Of a stretch of 64,000 nucleotides of DNA, positions 40,414 through 52,058 are shown in pieces. The translations under genes and the position numbers were made by a program. This DNA is from Paraclostridium sp. (GTDB taxonomy: Bacteria > Bacillota > Clostridia > Peptostreptococcales > Peptostreptococcaceae): contig NZ_JBOGBV010000053.1 in assembly GCF_051656405.1 (NCBI RefSeq), positions 13,479-77,478 on the forward strand, given 5' to 3'. A model generated the notes under the pieces. The model had not been told where the DNA came from, did no database searches, and was given only the letters and a program-made list of their open reading frames with translations. Position 1 is the stretch's first letter. Every line of letters starts with the position of its first letter.

Positions 40414-41805
40414 TTAATATATTTTTCCTGGATTTAATATATTCTTAGCATCAAACGCTAATTTTATATTTTTTATTATATCCATATATGATTCACTTTG
40501 AGATTCACTTAAATATTCTTTTTTTGCATATCCAATTCCATGCTCTCCTGAAACTTGGCCTCTAAGTTCTCTAGATTTTTCATACATCTTTTCAAAAGCT
40601 TCTTTTAGCTTTGTATCCCATTCAGATTTATTTAATTCATCTCTTAATATATATATGTGTAAGTTTCCATCTCCTGCATGCCCAAAACTTTTAATTCTTA
40701 CATTCAATGTCTCTTGAAGTTCATTTGTAAACTTTATAAATTCTGCAACTTTATCTCTTGGGACAACAACATCACATTCATCCATTTCAGTTGTAGTTGC
40801 TTTTATAGCTTCTAAAAATGCACCCCTAGCTGACCATATAGATTCATTTCTTTCTTGCGTATCTGAGATAAATACATCATAAGCTCCACACTCTAAACAA
40901 AGTTTTGCCACTTGGTCATATGCCTTTTCAATTTCTTCCTTACTATTTCCATCAAATTTTAACAATAAATATGCATCTGATGTATTATCTGGGAATTTTT
41001 TACCTAAAAATTCTTCTGCCGCAAGTATAACATCTCTTTCCATAAATTCAATAGCAGTTGGAATACACTTAGATTTTATTATCTTAGGAACTGTATCAAT
41101 TGCTGTTCCTAAATCTGGGAATGGAATAAGTAAACTTATATCCTTTTTAGGTAATGGCAATAATTTAAGTATAGCTTTAGTTACTATTCCTAAAGTCCCT
41201 TCTGATCCAACTAATAAATCTTTTATACTATAACCTGAACTGTTTTTTACAACTTTTCCTCCAACATTAATTACTTCTCCATTTGCAAGTACAACTTCCA
41301 ATCCTCTTACATAGTCTCTTGTAACTCCATATTTAACAGCTCTCATTCCTCCTGCATTGGTGTTTATATTTCCACCAATTGTTGCACTTTTTTCTCCTGG
41401 ATCTGGAGGATAAAATAGATCTTTTTCACTTACATATTGACCTATAGTCATAAGTAATACCCCAGGTTCTACTGTTAATGTTAAGTTTTCTTCATCTAAC
41501 TCTATTATTTTATTCATTTGACTTAAATTTATCATTATTCCACCATAAATAGCTACAGCGGCCCCCACTAATCCAGTTCCTTGTCCTCTTGGCGTTACAG
41601 GTATATTATTTTCATATGCATATTTCATTATTTTAGAAACTTCTTCTGTGCTGTGAATATTTACTAAAACTTCAGGGTATTTTTCAACTCCTCCTAATTC
41701 ATCATGAGAGTAATCTTCATTTATTTCCTCTCCTACTAAAATATTTTCAACTCCACATACGCTTTTTAAGAATTCAATATCTTTTTCATCTATTTTTTTA
41801 TACAT
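40414..41805 (-). CDS. lctD: FAD-linked D-lactate dehydrogenase (GlcD/LctD family)
   Basis: [47 protein letters not shown]; downstream of etfBA and larA. Confidence 0.85.
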   Translation of the reverse strand: MYKKIDEKDIEFLKSVCGVENILVGEEINEDYSHDELGGVEKYPEVLVNIHSTEEVSKIMKYAYENNIPVTPRGQGTGLVGAAVAIYGGIMINLSQMNKIIELDEENLTLTVEPGVLLMTIGQYVSEKDLFYPPDPGEKSATIGGNINTNAGGMRAVKYGVTRDYVRGLEVVLANGEVINVGGKVVKNSSGYSIKDLLVGSEGTLGIVTKAILKLLPLPKKDISLLIPFPDLGTAIDTVPKIIKSKCIPTAIEFMERDVILAAEEFLGKKFPDNTSDAYLLLKFDGNSKEEIEKAYDQVAKLCLECGAYDVFISDTQERNESIWSARGAFLEAIKATTTEMDECDVVVPRDKVAEFIKFTNELQETLNVRIKSFGHAGDGNLHIYILRDELNKSEWDTKLKEAFEKMYEKSRELRGQVSGEHGIGYAKKEYLSESQSESYMDIIKNIKLAFDAKNILNPGKIY

Positions 41806-41823
41806 TGTATTTTCCCCCGATCC

Positions 41824-43053
41824 TTATTCTAATGTAGCTACAACTTCATCCATTACTTCATAATCATTTGATTTTTCAAGTTCTAAATCCTTAATAAGTC
41901 TAGGTATTACATCATATACATCTCCTACAATTGCATAATGAGCTGTATCAAAAATAGGAGCTTTTTCATCTTTATCTATAGATATTATACACTCTGATCC
42001 ATTCATACCTGCAACAAACTGTATAGCTCCTGATACCCCACAAGTTATTATTAACTTAGGCTTTACAGTTCTACCACTTAATCCAATTTGTTTTTTAGCA
42101 TCTATCCATCCAGATTCTACTAAAGGTCTTGTTCCTGCAACTTGCCCTCCTAGTAAATCAGCTAATTTATATAGCATTTCCATGTCTTCTTTTTTCTTAA
42201 TAGCTCTACTTCCAACTATTATAACTTCTGCATCTTCTATTCCTACTTCTTTAGTTTTATTGTTAATTTCTAAAACCTCTATATCAGATTTCAATTTATT
42301 TTCATCTATATTGCATAAAGTAACCTTACCTGTTGGATGGTCAACTTTTTCTGGAGCTGAAAATATTTTATATCTAACTGTAGCAAACTGTGGTCTATGA
42401 TTTGGTGTATGTATATGTGCCATTATATTACCACCAAAAGCAGGTCTTATTTGGTCTAAATCAGTATTTTCTTGAACATCAAGTATTGTACAATCTGCTG
42501 TTAGTCCAGTTTTAAATCTAGCTGCAAGCCTTGGAGCTAAACTTCTACCAATTGTAGTTCCTCCAAATAGTAATATAGTTGGTTTTACTTCTTTTATAAA
42601 ATCCTCTACGCATGCAGTATATGGCTCAATCTTAAATTCTTTTAAATCTTTGTAATCATATACAAATACATTGTCTACACCATAAGAAAGTAATGCATCT
42701 GTTTTGTCTTCTAAATTACTTCCAACAAATATACAGTAAACCGGTTGATTTATTTTCTTTGCCATTTCTTTAGCTTTTCCTATTAATTCAAATGTTACAG
42801 GATGGATATCTCCCTCATGATGATCAACATATACTGCTATACCCTTCCATTTATCTTTATCTATTTTTATAACTTCATCTTCTACGAATTCAAATACACC
42901 CTTTGGTCCAGTTTTTACACATATCTTACACATTTTACACCCTGCACCAATTTCTAATTTTCCATCATTTAGCTCTATAGCACCAAAAGGACATATGTCT
43001 AATACTTTTTTCATTTCTGTAACTTTGTCTTGATTTATAACTATTTTAGCCAC
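41824..43053 (-). CDS. etfA: Electron transfer flavoprotein alpha subunit with N-terminal ferredoxin-like domain
   Basis: ICPFGA...CKMCKIC, GLTADC, RPAFGG, QIGLSG, GVSGAIQF. Confidence 0.93.
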   Translation of the reverse strand: MAKIVINQDKVTEMKKVLDICPFGAIELNDGKLEIGAGCKMCKICVKTGPKGVFEFVEDEVIKIDKDKWKGIAVYVDHHEGDIHPVTFELIGKAKEMAKKINQPVYCIFVGSNLEDKTDALLSYGVDNVFVYDYKDLKEFKIEPYTACVEDFIKEVKPTILLFGGTTIGRSLAPRLAARFKTGLTADCTILDVQENTDLDQIRPAFGGNIMAHIHTPNHRPQFATVRYKIFSAPEKVDHPTGKVTLCNIDENKLKSDIEVLEINNKTKEVGIEDAEVIIVGSRAIKKKEDMEMLYKLADLLGGQVAGTRPLVESGWIDAKKQIGLSGRTVKPKLIITCGVSGAIQFVAGMNGSECIISIDKDEKAPIFDTAHYAIVGDVYDVIPRLIKDLELEKSNDYEVMDEVVATLE

Positions 43054-43066
43054 TTTAAATTCCCCC

Positions 43067-43849
43067 TTATATTAATTTTAGCTCTTTTATTTTATTTAAT
43101 AATAAAGATGATACTTCTTCACCAGTCCAAGTTTCTTTTTCTACATTTGAAGTAGGTGGGAAAATTTTTAAAACTTGAGTTGGAGATCCATTTAATCCAT
43201 AATTTTTTTCATCTTTGTCTTCAAAATCATTAAGGCTAATCATTGGTATTTCTCTATCTTTAGTTTCAAGTTTTAATTTAAAAGAAGGTAATCTTGGTTG
43301 GAAAATCTCTTTTTCAACTGTTATTAAACAAGGAAATTTAATTTCACAAATTTCACGAGTATTAGGCATATCTACTTCTACTACTATACTTTTTTCTTTA
43401 GTTTCAATTAATTTTGTTACATTTGTTACATGAGGTATATTTAAAAACTCAGCTATTTCTGGTCCAACTTGCGCAGTATCCCCATCAGTTGTTTGCTTAC
43501 CACAAATAATTAAATCAGTATTCCCTAGCTTTTTAATTCCTTGTGAAATTGTATATGAAGTTGCAAGTACATCAGCTCCTGCAAATTTTCTATCACTCAC
43601 TAATGAACCCTCATCAGCACCCATCATGAATGCTTCTTGAATTACTTGTTTTGCTTGTGGTGGCCCCATACTTAAAACTTTTATTTTAGCATCATTTTCT
43701 TTTTTAATTCTTAATGCTGTTTCAAGAGCGTACAAGTCATATGGATTCATTTTAGAATCGACTCCATCTCTTTTTAAAACCCCTGTCTTTTCATCTACTT
43801 CTACTTCAGATGTTCCTGGAACTTGTTTTATACATACTAATATTTCCAT
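43067..43849 (-). CDS. etfB: Electron transfer flavoprotein beta subunit
   Basis: [38 protein letters not shown]. Confidence 0.93.
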   Translation of the reverse strand: MEILVCIKQVPGTSEVEVDEKTGVLKRDGVDSKMNPYDLYALETALRIKKENDAKIKVLSMGPPQAKQVIQEAFMMGADEGSLVSDRKFAGADVLATSYTISQGIKKLGNTDLIICGKQTTDGDTAQVGPEIAEFLNIPHVTNVTKLIETKEKSIVVEVDMPNTREICEIKFPCLITVEKEIFQPRLPSFKLKLETKDREIPMISLNDFEDKDEKNYGLNGSPTQVLKIFPPTSNVEKETWTGEEVSSLLLNKIKELKLI

Positions 43850-43862
43850 ATTGCTTCCCCCT

Positions 43863-45134
43863 TTACTTTACTATCACTGATACTCCATCAGGTATAACAG
43901 CTATTTTTGAGTTTTTACCTTTTATGTCAAAAGCCATTTTTAAAGCTTCATCAAAACTATGTGCATGTTTCATGTGCATATTTTTAATCATATTAGGGTC
44001 ACATAAGTTTGTAACCATTATCACTGTAAACTTTTCTAGAATTCTTGCTAATATTTGAAACTCCCATTGGTCTGGAATAGTTTTATCTTTGGAAATTTTT
44101 CTTACTTTCTCTAATATTTCACTAGGTGAAGATGCATTTGCTACGCTATCATAAAAAGATTGACCTCCATGGCCATCATTACATGCAGATATCATAATTA
44201 TTACTCCACCGTCTTTGCATGTAGCCTCTGCTGCAGTCATCCCTTTTACAGTTTGATATATATTTTGATCTAATGGATAACCTCCATTTGTACTAACTAC
44301 AATGTCAGCATCAACTTTATCAACTTTTGATAATTTAGTTACAAATTCACAGCCTACCTCATGAGCTTCTTTAACATCTCCTGCAAAGGCACCTATAACT
44401 TTTTTATCTTTATCTATGACTACATTTAAAATAAAGTCTAAATTAACGCTTTGCGCTGCATACAACATATCTCTATGAATCGGATTGTTTTTTAGGTTTC
44501 CTGTTCTAGCATAAGGACTATCTATAAATTCAGAACAGTGATTATACATTATCGTTTTCGCAGATGCAACTCCTGGAAGGACGCTTTTTCTTCCACCTGA
44601 AAACCCTGCAAAGAAGTGTGGTTCTATGAATCCTTCAGCTATTAATAAATCAGTTTCTATAATTGCTTTATTTACAATTAAGTCTCCTCCAGATGGAAGC
44701 GTTCCAACTTTGACCATAGATTGTTCATCTGTTGAAAAGTGCATAATTATTTGCTCATTATCCACTATTTCTTCTCCCATTTTATATATAAGTTCTTCTC
44801 TTGTACTCGGTCTATGAAACCCTGTCGATATTATTATTTTTATATCTATATCAGGATTTGAATTTCTTATCTTTTTAAGCATTATAGGTAACGTTATCCT
44901 ACTTGGTACAGGTCTAGTATGATCGCTAGTTATTATAACCATGCTTTGTTTCCCCTTAACTAGATCTTCTAATTTTTCACTTCCTATAGGATTATCTAAA
45001 GCTTGTTTTACTATCTCACCTTCACTTAATCGAGATTTAAAATCATGAGCTTTGGATTGCAAAACTTTTATCATGTTTTCATCTGGTATATTTATGTTCA
45101 TACCAGTTTTTGAATAAGGTACTTTTAACTCCAT
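43863..45134 (-). CDS. larA: Nickel-pincer-dependent lactate racemase
   Basis: [34 protein letters not shown]. Confidence 0.92.
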   Translation of the reverse strand: MELKVPYSKTGMNINIPDENMIKVLQSKAHDFKSRLSEGEIVKQALDNPIGSEKLEDLVKGKQSMVIITSDHTRPVPSRITLPIMLKKIRNSNPDIDIKIIISTGFHRPSTREELIYKMGEEIVDNEQIIMHFSTDEQSMVKVGTLPSGGDLIVNKAIIETDLLIAEGFIEPHFFAGFSGGRKSVLPGVASAKTIMYNHCSEFIDSPYARTGNLKNNPIHRDMLYAAQSVNLDFILNVVIDKDKKVIGAFAGDVKEAHEVGCEFVTKLSKVDKVDADIVVSTNGGYPLDQNIYQTVKGMTAAEATCKDGGVIIMISACNDGHGGQSFYDSVANASSPSEILEKVRKISKDKTIPDQWEFQILARILEKFTVIMVTNLCDPNMIKNMHMKHAHSFDEALKMAFDIKGKNSKIAVIPDGVSVIVK

Positions 45135-45229
45135 TTATGCCCCCTCCTCTTGAAATGCAGCGCTACTTAGTAGCGTATAGTTTTAGGTTTGTTTAATCGT
45201 TTTCCTACTTTTTATCAACATTGGTATTA

Positions 45230-45240
45230 TGGTCATACCA
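45230..45240. promoter_or_regulatory. FadR/LldR-type operator upstream of larA; cre-like AGGAAAACGATTAAAC on the minus strand at ~45191-45206
   Basis: Perfect TGGT-CAT-ACCA palindrome matching the FadR-subfamily TNGT-N3-ACNA consensus. Confidence 0.75.
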
Positions 45241-45401
45241 GTTTGTAATTTCATGATAGTAAATTTTCTAAAGATTTACAAGCATTGTTTTTATTTTAAC
45301 AAAATATATATTATTATTTGATTTTTAATTTACTTTTTTATTCATTTTTAAATTGATAAATATCTTCAAATAAAAAAATATAGATTTCTAAATTTAGAAA
45401 T

Positions 45402-46097
45402 CTATATTTTTTCCATAGTAAATTTTATTAAGTCTAAGTGCTCTTTCATGTATTTGTATGCACTTTCAGGATCTCTATCTATGATAGCATCACAGATTTT
45501 TCTGTGTTGTGAATTTAAAGTTTCTTCTTCATGGTAAAATTCTACTATCTTTTGTCTCGAATTTATAATAAAATTTTCTAATAAATTTAATGATATTGTA
45601 TATAAACTTTTTATCAAAAAGTTCTTACTCATGCAAGTAATTTTATAATGTATTTCTTTATCAATTTCGCCTTTATTATAAATTTCATCTTTTTTTGTCA
45701 ATCTTTGTGAAATCATTTTCAACTCTTCAAGTTCTTCGTCTGTCCCTCTTATAGCTGCTAATTTAACTGCTTCTAGTTCTATCATCTGTCTTAATTCGAT
45801 TATATCTTTATAGTCTCCATTATTTAAAGTAAACATCATCGATAAAGGTTGCATTAATGATGTTTCAATTTTATTACAAATAAAATTCCCTTCACCTTGT
45901 CTACTTTCTATTATCCCCATAGTTTCTAAAACTCTAAGCGCTTCTCTTATCGATGTTCTACTTACTCCCATTTTTTGAGATAATTCACGTTCTGACATTA
46001 GCTTATCTCCGTTTTTAAGCTTTCCTTCTAATATCATATTTTGTATCTGATTTATAACTTGTTGATATATCTTTTCATTAGTTATATTATTAAACAA
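45402..46097 (-). CDS. FadR/GntR-family lactate regulator (LutR/LctA-like)
   Basis: SEREL, VSRTSIREAL, RQGEG, FCD domain. Confidence 0.9.
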   Translation of the reverse strand: MFNNITNEKIYQQVINQIQNMILEGKLKNGDKLMSERELSQKMGVSRTSIREALRVLETMGIIESRQGEGNFICNKIETSLMQPLSMMFTLNNGDYKDIIELRQMIELEAVKLAAIRGTDEELEELKMISQRLTKKDEIYNKGEIDKEIHYKITCMSKNFLIKSLYTISLNLLENFIINSRQKIVEFYHEEETLNSQHRKICDAIIDRDPESAYKYMKEHLDLIKFTMEKI

Positions 46098-46247
46098 TTC
46101 AATATCTCCTTATATTTAAGTATTTCATTTATATTATACTATAAAAAAATTTGATTTGCTTGAACGACTTTTTAATATTGATATATACATTTTTAAAAAA
46201 TAAAAGATGCTATTTAAAATAATTTCAAATAGCATCTTTCATTTTTT

Positions 46248-47492
46248 CTAATTTTCATTAAATTCTATTATAAATATAACGGAGTTTTTTCCGTTTTTTA
46301 TATTATATTTAAACCCGTGCTCTCTAAGTATTTGACTTACTATATAAAGCCCCAATCCACTTCCTCCAGTTTTTCTATTTCTTGATTTTTCTACTCTATA
46401 AAATGGTTTAAATAATTTATCTTTATGTTTTTCATCTATTGTAATACCTGTATTTTCTATCTCTAAAATTGCATTTTCTTTCTTGTATAAACGTATTAGC
46501 AAGTCCGCATTTTCCGGTGAATACTTAATAGCATTGTTTATTAAATTATTTATAGCTTTTGCTATTCTCTCTTCATCCGCATTTATAAATATTTCACTTT
46601 GATATTTTACATCTAATTTCAATTCTTTCTCTTCAATTAAGTACATTTGTCTTTTTATAAGCTTGTTTATTAAATTATTTAAATCAAATTCTTTAGTTTC
46701 AGATTTTTTTTCCAAAATTTCAAATTTAGATACCTGAATCATTTCTTCAACTAAAGTTTTTAATTCTTGAGTCGAGTCATATGATTTTTGCAAGTATGTA
46801 TCACGATCTTTATATTTACCAATATTGTAAATCATACCTTCTAATTGTCCACTTATAATGGTTATTGGTGTTTTTAGTTCATGAGATATAGTTGCTATAA
46901 ACTCTTTTCTTTTAGCTTCTTGCATTCTTTCACTTTCAATTATATCAATAAGAGGTTTTGTTACCCATTTTGAGAATGCATATGAAGTTATTATAGATAA
47001 TACTATAGCAACACCTATTATTATAGGCATTAAATCTAATATTACAGTAGTTGCTTCATCTACTGGTTGAAGCGGCATACTTATATCCAAATAATATGGG
47101 GCATTACTGTCTCTTATGTACAAAGCTACCGTTTTTTGATAGTTGTCATAAGAGTCACTAATATTATTAGAATATGGCAAAAATGAAAGTTCTTTATTTC
47201 CATATTCAACTTTTCCATTTGAGTCTCTTAATAATACCCCTACATTTTCATGTTGTGAAATTTTATATAAATGTTGTTTTAATCCCTCTAAGTCATCTCT
47301 TCTTGATCTAGCTGCTAAAACTGTCAATCTATCATTTAAAGACTCCACCTTGTATTTTTCATAATATGGAGGTAATAAGAAGTATAAAATTAGGTATATA
47401 GTTACTATAAGCCCGATAGATAATGTTGTTATTATTAAAAATATTTTTGTACTTATAGCTAATTCTTTCCATTTGTTTCTAATTCTTATCAA
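46248..47492 (-). CDS. Sensor histidine kinase (VncS-like)
   Basis: Two TM segments, SHELKTP, NAIKY, GSGLGL. Confidence 0.9.
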   Translation of the reverse strand: MIRIRNKWKELAISTKIFLIITTLSIGLIVTIYLILYFLLPPYYEKYKVESLNDRLTVLAARSRRDDLEGLKQHLYKISQHENVGVLLRDSNGKVEYGNKELSFLPYSNNISDSYDNYQKTVALYIRDSNAPYYLDISMPLQPVDEATTVILDLMPIIIGVAIVLSIITSYAFSKWVTKPLIDIIESERMQEAKRKEFIATISHELKTPITIISGQLEGMIYNIGKYKDRDTYLQKSYDSTQELKTLVEEMIQVSKFEILEKKSETKEFDLNNLINKLIKRQMYLIEEKELKLDVKYQSEIFINADEERIAKAINNLINNAIKYSPENADLLIRLYKKENAILEIENTGITIDEKHKDKLFKPFYRVEKSRNRKTGGSGLGLYIVSQILREHGFKYNIKNGKNSVIFIIEFNEN

Positions 47493-48150
47493 GACTGTAT
47501 CCTATTCCTTTCACTGTTTTTATATATTGAATTCCGATTTTTTTTCTTATATTTTTTATATGAGCATCTACAACTCTAGTATCTCCATAGTAATCATAAC
47601 CCCATACACTATCTAATAAATTCTCTCTAGTAACTACGTGAGGATAATTTTCTATTAAAGTCTTTAGTATGTTAAATTCTTTTAATGTCAATTCTATTAC
47701 TTCATTATCTAAGAACGCTTGATATGTGTTTAAATCTAAACTTAACTTTTCAAAAGTTAATGTATTAGACTCATTGTATTTGGTACTTCTTCTTAAAACA
47801 GCCTCTACTCTTTTCATTAATAAAGTAAATGAAAAAGGTTTTGTTATATAATCATCGCACATTAACTCAAATCCTTTAACTTGATCACTCTCTTGATTTA
47901 ATGCCGTTAAAAATATTATAGGTACATCTGAACTTTGTCTTATCATCTTGCATACAGCATGTCCATCTAAATTAGGCATCATTACATCTAGTATAACCAA
48001 ATCAAATCCACCTTTTTTAAAGGCTTGTATACCCTCTATTCCATCATTTGCATATTCTACACTATATCCTTCTGCACTTAAAAATTCTACTATCAATTCT
48101 TGTATATTACTATCATCTTCTATTACTAATATATTTTTATTTTTCATCAT
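47479..48150 (-). CDS. OmpR-family response regulator
   Basis: ILDVMMP, FLTA, DDYITKPF, TVKGIGY. Confidence 0.93.
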   Translation of the reverse strand: MMKNKNILVIEDDSNIQELIVEFLSAEGYSVEYANDGIEGIQAFKKGGFDLVILDVMMPNLDGHAVCKMIRQSSDVPIIFLTALNQESDQVKGFELMCDDYITKPFSFTLLMKRVEAVLRRSTKYNESNTLTFEKLSLDLNTYQAFLDNEVIELTLKEFNILKTLIENYPHVVTRENLLDSVWGYDYYGDTRVVDAHIKNIRKKIGIQYIKTVKGIGYSLDKN

Positions 48151-48322
48151 AAATCTCCTCTAAATTTCAAAATCACTTATACATATATTATAATTTACAT
48201 ATGAATTTTCTATGAATATATTTTTTTATATTGTACAAAATTAGTTTATATATAAATTTTAGCATAAAAAATATGAGTATAAAAATAATTCATATTATTT
48301 TTATACTCATATTTTACTTTCT

Positions 48323-50200
48323 TTACTTCGTTATATTTATATATTTTTTAGTACTTATTATATAAAAAATTAAGTATATAAAGCTAAATATAATCAAAGA
48401 TACTCCTATAAGTTCTAAATGATCTGAGTTAAACATAGAATTAACAGCATATCCTGCGACAATACCATGTATAGACCCAACTATAACAGGAAGTATGAAA
48501 AATATTCCTAATTGTTTAAATACTGCTTTATTTATATATTCTTGACTTACTCCAATTTTTCTTAAAGTATTAAACCTTTCTTTATCTATACTAGCATCTT
48601 GAATACATTTAAAATACATTATACTGCCTAGCGATACTGTAAATACAAGTGCTAAGAAGCAACCTACAAAATATACTCCATTTATAGCATAATATGCACT
48701 TTTATCAAATTGATCAGCACTGTAAATTTCATTTTTTGAATTTTCTCTCATGTATTGAGCTATTGAGTTAGTATTTTCAAATTTTTTAAGTGTAATGGCT
48801 TTAAAATATAATTCTTTTTTATTTAACTTAGTTTTTAATTTTTCGTAATCATTATCATTTAAGACTAGTGTACCATTAGCTGATTCTCCCATTATATTAG
48901 AAGGTATATTTTTATTTATTTTTATTGATTCATTATTTATTTTTAAATTATCATTTATTTTAAATGCATTCATAACTCTTGTGTCTATTAATAAAATTGC
49001 CTCACCTTTTTGTGGTTTGTTTTTTTCTATATCTTTCTCATGTTTTACTTTTCCATGTTTTAATAACTTTTCTATATCTGAATATTTAGCTAAATACACA
49101 TCATTTATATACATACTTAAATTTGATTTGTATGGAATTAAATCTACAGTAGTTTCATCCTTAACATCTTCATTGCCTAAATTCACAGCCATATCTAAAG
49201 CCTTATCATCATCTTTATTTTCACTTGTATAATATATACTATATGGGTATTCATTTTCAAATCCTGACGAAAAACACGAACTCATACAAAATGCAACCAT
49301 GATGCAAGTCAAACTACAAGCTATTAATATCGCAGCTTGAGCTAAAGTTTTATTATTATCTTTTATTCTAAAAATAATATTATTATAACTTACAATGTTT
49401 GTTTTTGAGTATAATCTTTTTTTATTTTTTATAATATTTCTTATAAAAATCGAGAAAAATCCTCTGAATAAAAAATGAGTTCCTATAATAGTCATGATTA
49501 CCGTTGCCATTATAGCTATCGGAAATGCCACATTAGCTTCTTTATATTTTAATATTAGTAAGTATCCTAGAAGAATTATTATAAATCCTACGACTCCTTT
49601 AGTATTGTTTAACTTGTTATTTTCTAATTGGTATATTTTTTTTGCATTTATAAGTTTACTTATATCTGTTTTTATTAAACAAATATATTCTTTTATAAAA
49701 ACACCGATTAATATAATCAAAAATATTAATAAAGTCTGAATTACTGATATAAAATCTATTTCAAAATTTATTACTTTATTTACATAAGATAATTTAACTA
49801 AAATCATTAAAAATATCTTATTCAAAAGTATTCCAATTCCCATGCCAATTATCATTGATATTAATCCAATTATAAGTGCTTCCAATGAAAACATAAGTGC
49901 AATCTGCTTATTTTCAACACCCATAAATGTGTATATTCCAAACTCTTTTTTTCTTTGTTCTATAAAAAATTTACTTGAGTAAGAAATAAAAAATATAAAG
50001 AAAAACATTAGAACAAAAGCGCACATTCCTCCTGCCATAGACACTACATTTAAGTCTTTTATTTCAGTGAATTGTTTGCTTGAAATTAAAGTTATGAAAT
50101 TGTAAAATACAGCAATTGAGAAAACCATAGAAAAAATATAAACTCCATAGTTTTTTATACTTTGTCTTATATTCATTAAACTTAGCTTAAATAAATTCAC
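48323..50200 (-). CDS. BceB-type (FtsX-like) ABC permease
   Basis: QRKKEFGIY, about 10 TM segments with a large extracellular loop, LRKIG. Confidence 0.9.
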   Translation of the reverse strand: MNLFKLSLMNIRQSIKNYGVYIFSMVFSIAVFYNFITLISSKQFTEIKDLNVVSMAGGMCAFVLMFFFIFFISYSSKFFIEQRKKEFGIYTFMGVENKQIALMFSLEALIIGLISMIIGMGIGILLNKIFLMILVKLSYVNKVINFEIDFISVIQTLLIFLIILIGVFIKEYICLIKTDISKLINAKKIYQLENNKLNNTKGVVGFIIILLGYLLILKYKEANVAFPIAIMATVIMTIIGTHFLFRGFFSIFIRNIIKNKKRLYSKTNIVSYNNIIFRIKDNNKTLAQAAILIACSLTCIMVAFCMSSCFSSGFENEYPYSIYYTSENKDDDKALDMAVNLGNEDVKDETTVDLIPYKSNLSMYINDVYLAKYSDIEKLLKHGKVKHEKDIEKNKPQKGEAILLIDTRVMNAFKINDNLKINNESIKINKNIPSNIMGESANGTLVLNDNDYEKLKTKLNKKELYFKAITLKKFENTNSIAQYMRENSKNEIYSADQFDKSAYYAINGVYFVGCFLALVFTVSLGSIMYFKCIQDASIDKERFNTLRKIGVSQEYINKAVFKQLGIFFILPVIVGSIHGIVAGYAVNSMFNSDHLELIGVSLIIFSFIYLIFYIISTKKYINITK

Positions 50201-50942
50201 TTACTTCACCTCCCATAGAAGTTAATAAGTTCATTATTTGCTTAAAGAAATCTTTTCTATTTCCATTACTATCTATTCTAGTGTTTAACCTACCATCTTT
50301 TATGAAAATAATTTTATCTGAGTAACTTGCTGTAAATGCATCATGTGTAACCATTATTATAGTTACATTAAATTTTTTATTCATCTCTTTTAAACAATTT
50401 AAAAGTTCTGATGCAGATTTTGAATCTAATGCTCCTGTAGGTTCATCCGCAAATATAATAGATGGTGAAGTTATTATGGCTCTTGCTGCTGCAACTCTTT
50501 GTTTTTGTCCACCTGATAATTCATATGGATAGCTTTTTAAATGTTTTTTTATACCAAAGAAACTAGCTAGTTTTTCAACCTCTTTTTGTATTTTATCAGG
50601 CTTTTCGTTTGCTATAACAAGAGGTAGTGCTATATTGTCTTCTATGCTCATGTTATCTAACAAATTATAGTCTTGAAATATAAAACCTATATTATCACGT
50701 CTAAACCTAGATAATTCTTTATTTTTTAAAGAATGAACATCTTCATTATCATAGTAAACTTTTCCTTCACTAGGTCTATCAATAGTAGACATTATATTTA
50801 AAAGCGTAGTTTTTCCTGCTCCCGAAGGACCCATAATACTTATAAATTCTCCATCTTTGACCTCTAAGTTTATATTTTCTAGAATTTTAAATGTATTTTT
50901 ATTATTTTTAATACTTTTATTTAAATTTATTACTTTTAACAT
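50187..50942 (-). CDS. BceA-type ABC ATPase
   Basis: GPSGAGKTT, LSGGQKQR, ADEPTGALDS, VTHD. Confidence 0.93.
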   Translation of the reverse strand: MLKVINLNKSIKNNKNTFKILENINLEVKDGEFISIMGPSGAGKTTLLNIMSTIDRPSEGKVYYDNEDVHSLKNKELSRFRRDNIGFIFQDYNLLDNMSIEDNIALPLVIANEKPDKIQKEVEKLASFFGIKKHLKSYPYELSGGQKQRVAAARAIITSPSIIFADEPTGALDSKSASELLNCLKEMNKKFNVTIIMVTHDAFTASYSDKIIFIKDGRLNTRIDSNGNRKDFFKQIMNLLTSMGGEVSEFI

Positions 50943-51017
50943 ACCTTACCCTCCAAATTGTAATTATTTTATACTTATATTGTATAAGCTAATTACCTTG
51001 TAATCTATCCATCTACA

Positions 51018-51052
51018 TTACAGTTCAGAGGCTTAATATTACACTTATGTAA
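51018..51052 (-). promoter_or_regulatory. BceR-type binding sites upstream of the ABC genes
   Basis: TTACA-CTTA-TGTAA (51039-51052) fits TNACA-N4-TGTAA; a second TTACA half-site lies 21 bp away (51018). Confidence 0.8.
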
Positions 51053-52058
51053 CATTGAAGTAATCTGATAATTTATAGAATGTTATACATACATTACAAA
51101 ATTCATTTTCCTTTGATTCTATACTTATATCATGGCTTAATTTATTTAATATTTTTTTTGATATATATAATCCCATTCCTGTAGATTTGGTTATTTCGTT
51201 ATGTTTGCCTACATAACCTTTATCAAATACTCTATTTATATCCTCTGTTTTTATACCAATTCCATTATCCTTAATGTGAAGTTCTATTCCAATTTCTGAA
51301 TTTTGTAAGTAAATTTCTACAACACCATCTTCTTTAATATATTTACATGAATTATTTATTATTTGTTCAATTATGTGCATTAACCATTTTTTATCACTTA
51401 ACACGTTATAATTTAAATTTCCTATTCTTAACTCTATCTTATTGTATATAAATAAATATTTATTTTTTTTTATAATTTCTTTTACTATTTTTTCTAAATT
51501 TATTTCCTCTATTAAAAAGTTGGAACTGTAATCTCCACTTTTACTAATATATAGAGCTTGTTGAACTAAATTGTCAATTCGTTTAAGTTCAATATTTATT
51601 TGTTTGTGTAACTCATAATTACCAAAATATTTGTTTTCTAGCTCTTTTACTCTTTGACTAATAATTTCTAAAACAGCAATAGGAATTTTAATCTCATGTA
51701 TCCATTTAGTCATATAGTCATTTATTTCTTCAATTTCTTTTTTCAAACTTTCTACTGTATTTTCATTTTCTAATAATTTGTTATCTATAACTTCTTTTAA
51801 TTTATTATTTTTAAATTCTCGTGTTTTATTATTATTTATATATTCAAATAAGCTTTTATAGTTTTTTATGTATAAACGATATCCTAATATAAAAAAAGCA
51901 ATACATACAGTTAAAATCATCGTATCTATATAAATTAAACTATTCAAAACCTTTTCTAATCTAAGATCTGCAATTATATTTATATTAACTATAACCACTA
52001 TAAATATAACTAAGTATATAGATAGTTTAACTTGTTTTATATAACTTTTTAAATTCAT
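51045..52058 (-). CDS. BceS-type intramembrane-sensing histidine kinase
   Basis: Two TM segments with a very short loop; WIHEIKIP, DKKWL, STGMGLY. Confidence 0.9.
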   Translation of the reverse strand: MNLKSYIKQVKLSIYLVIFIVVIVNINIIADLRLEKVLNSLIYIDTMILTVCIAFFILGYRLYIKNYKSLFEYINNNKTREFKNNKLKEVIDNKLLENENTVESLKKEIEEINDYMTKWIHEIKIPIAVLEIISQRVKELENKYFGNYELHKQINIELKRIDNLVQQALYISKSGDYSSNFLIEEINLEKIVKEIIKKNKYLFIYNKIELRIGNLNYNVLSDKKWLMHIIEQIINNSCKYIKEDGVVEIYLQNSEIGIELHIKDNGIGIKTEDINRVFDKGYVGKHNEITKSTGMGLYISKKILNKLSHDISIESKENEFCNVCITFYKLSDYFNVT

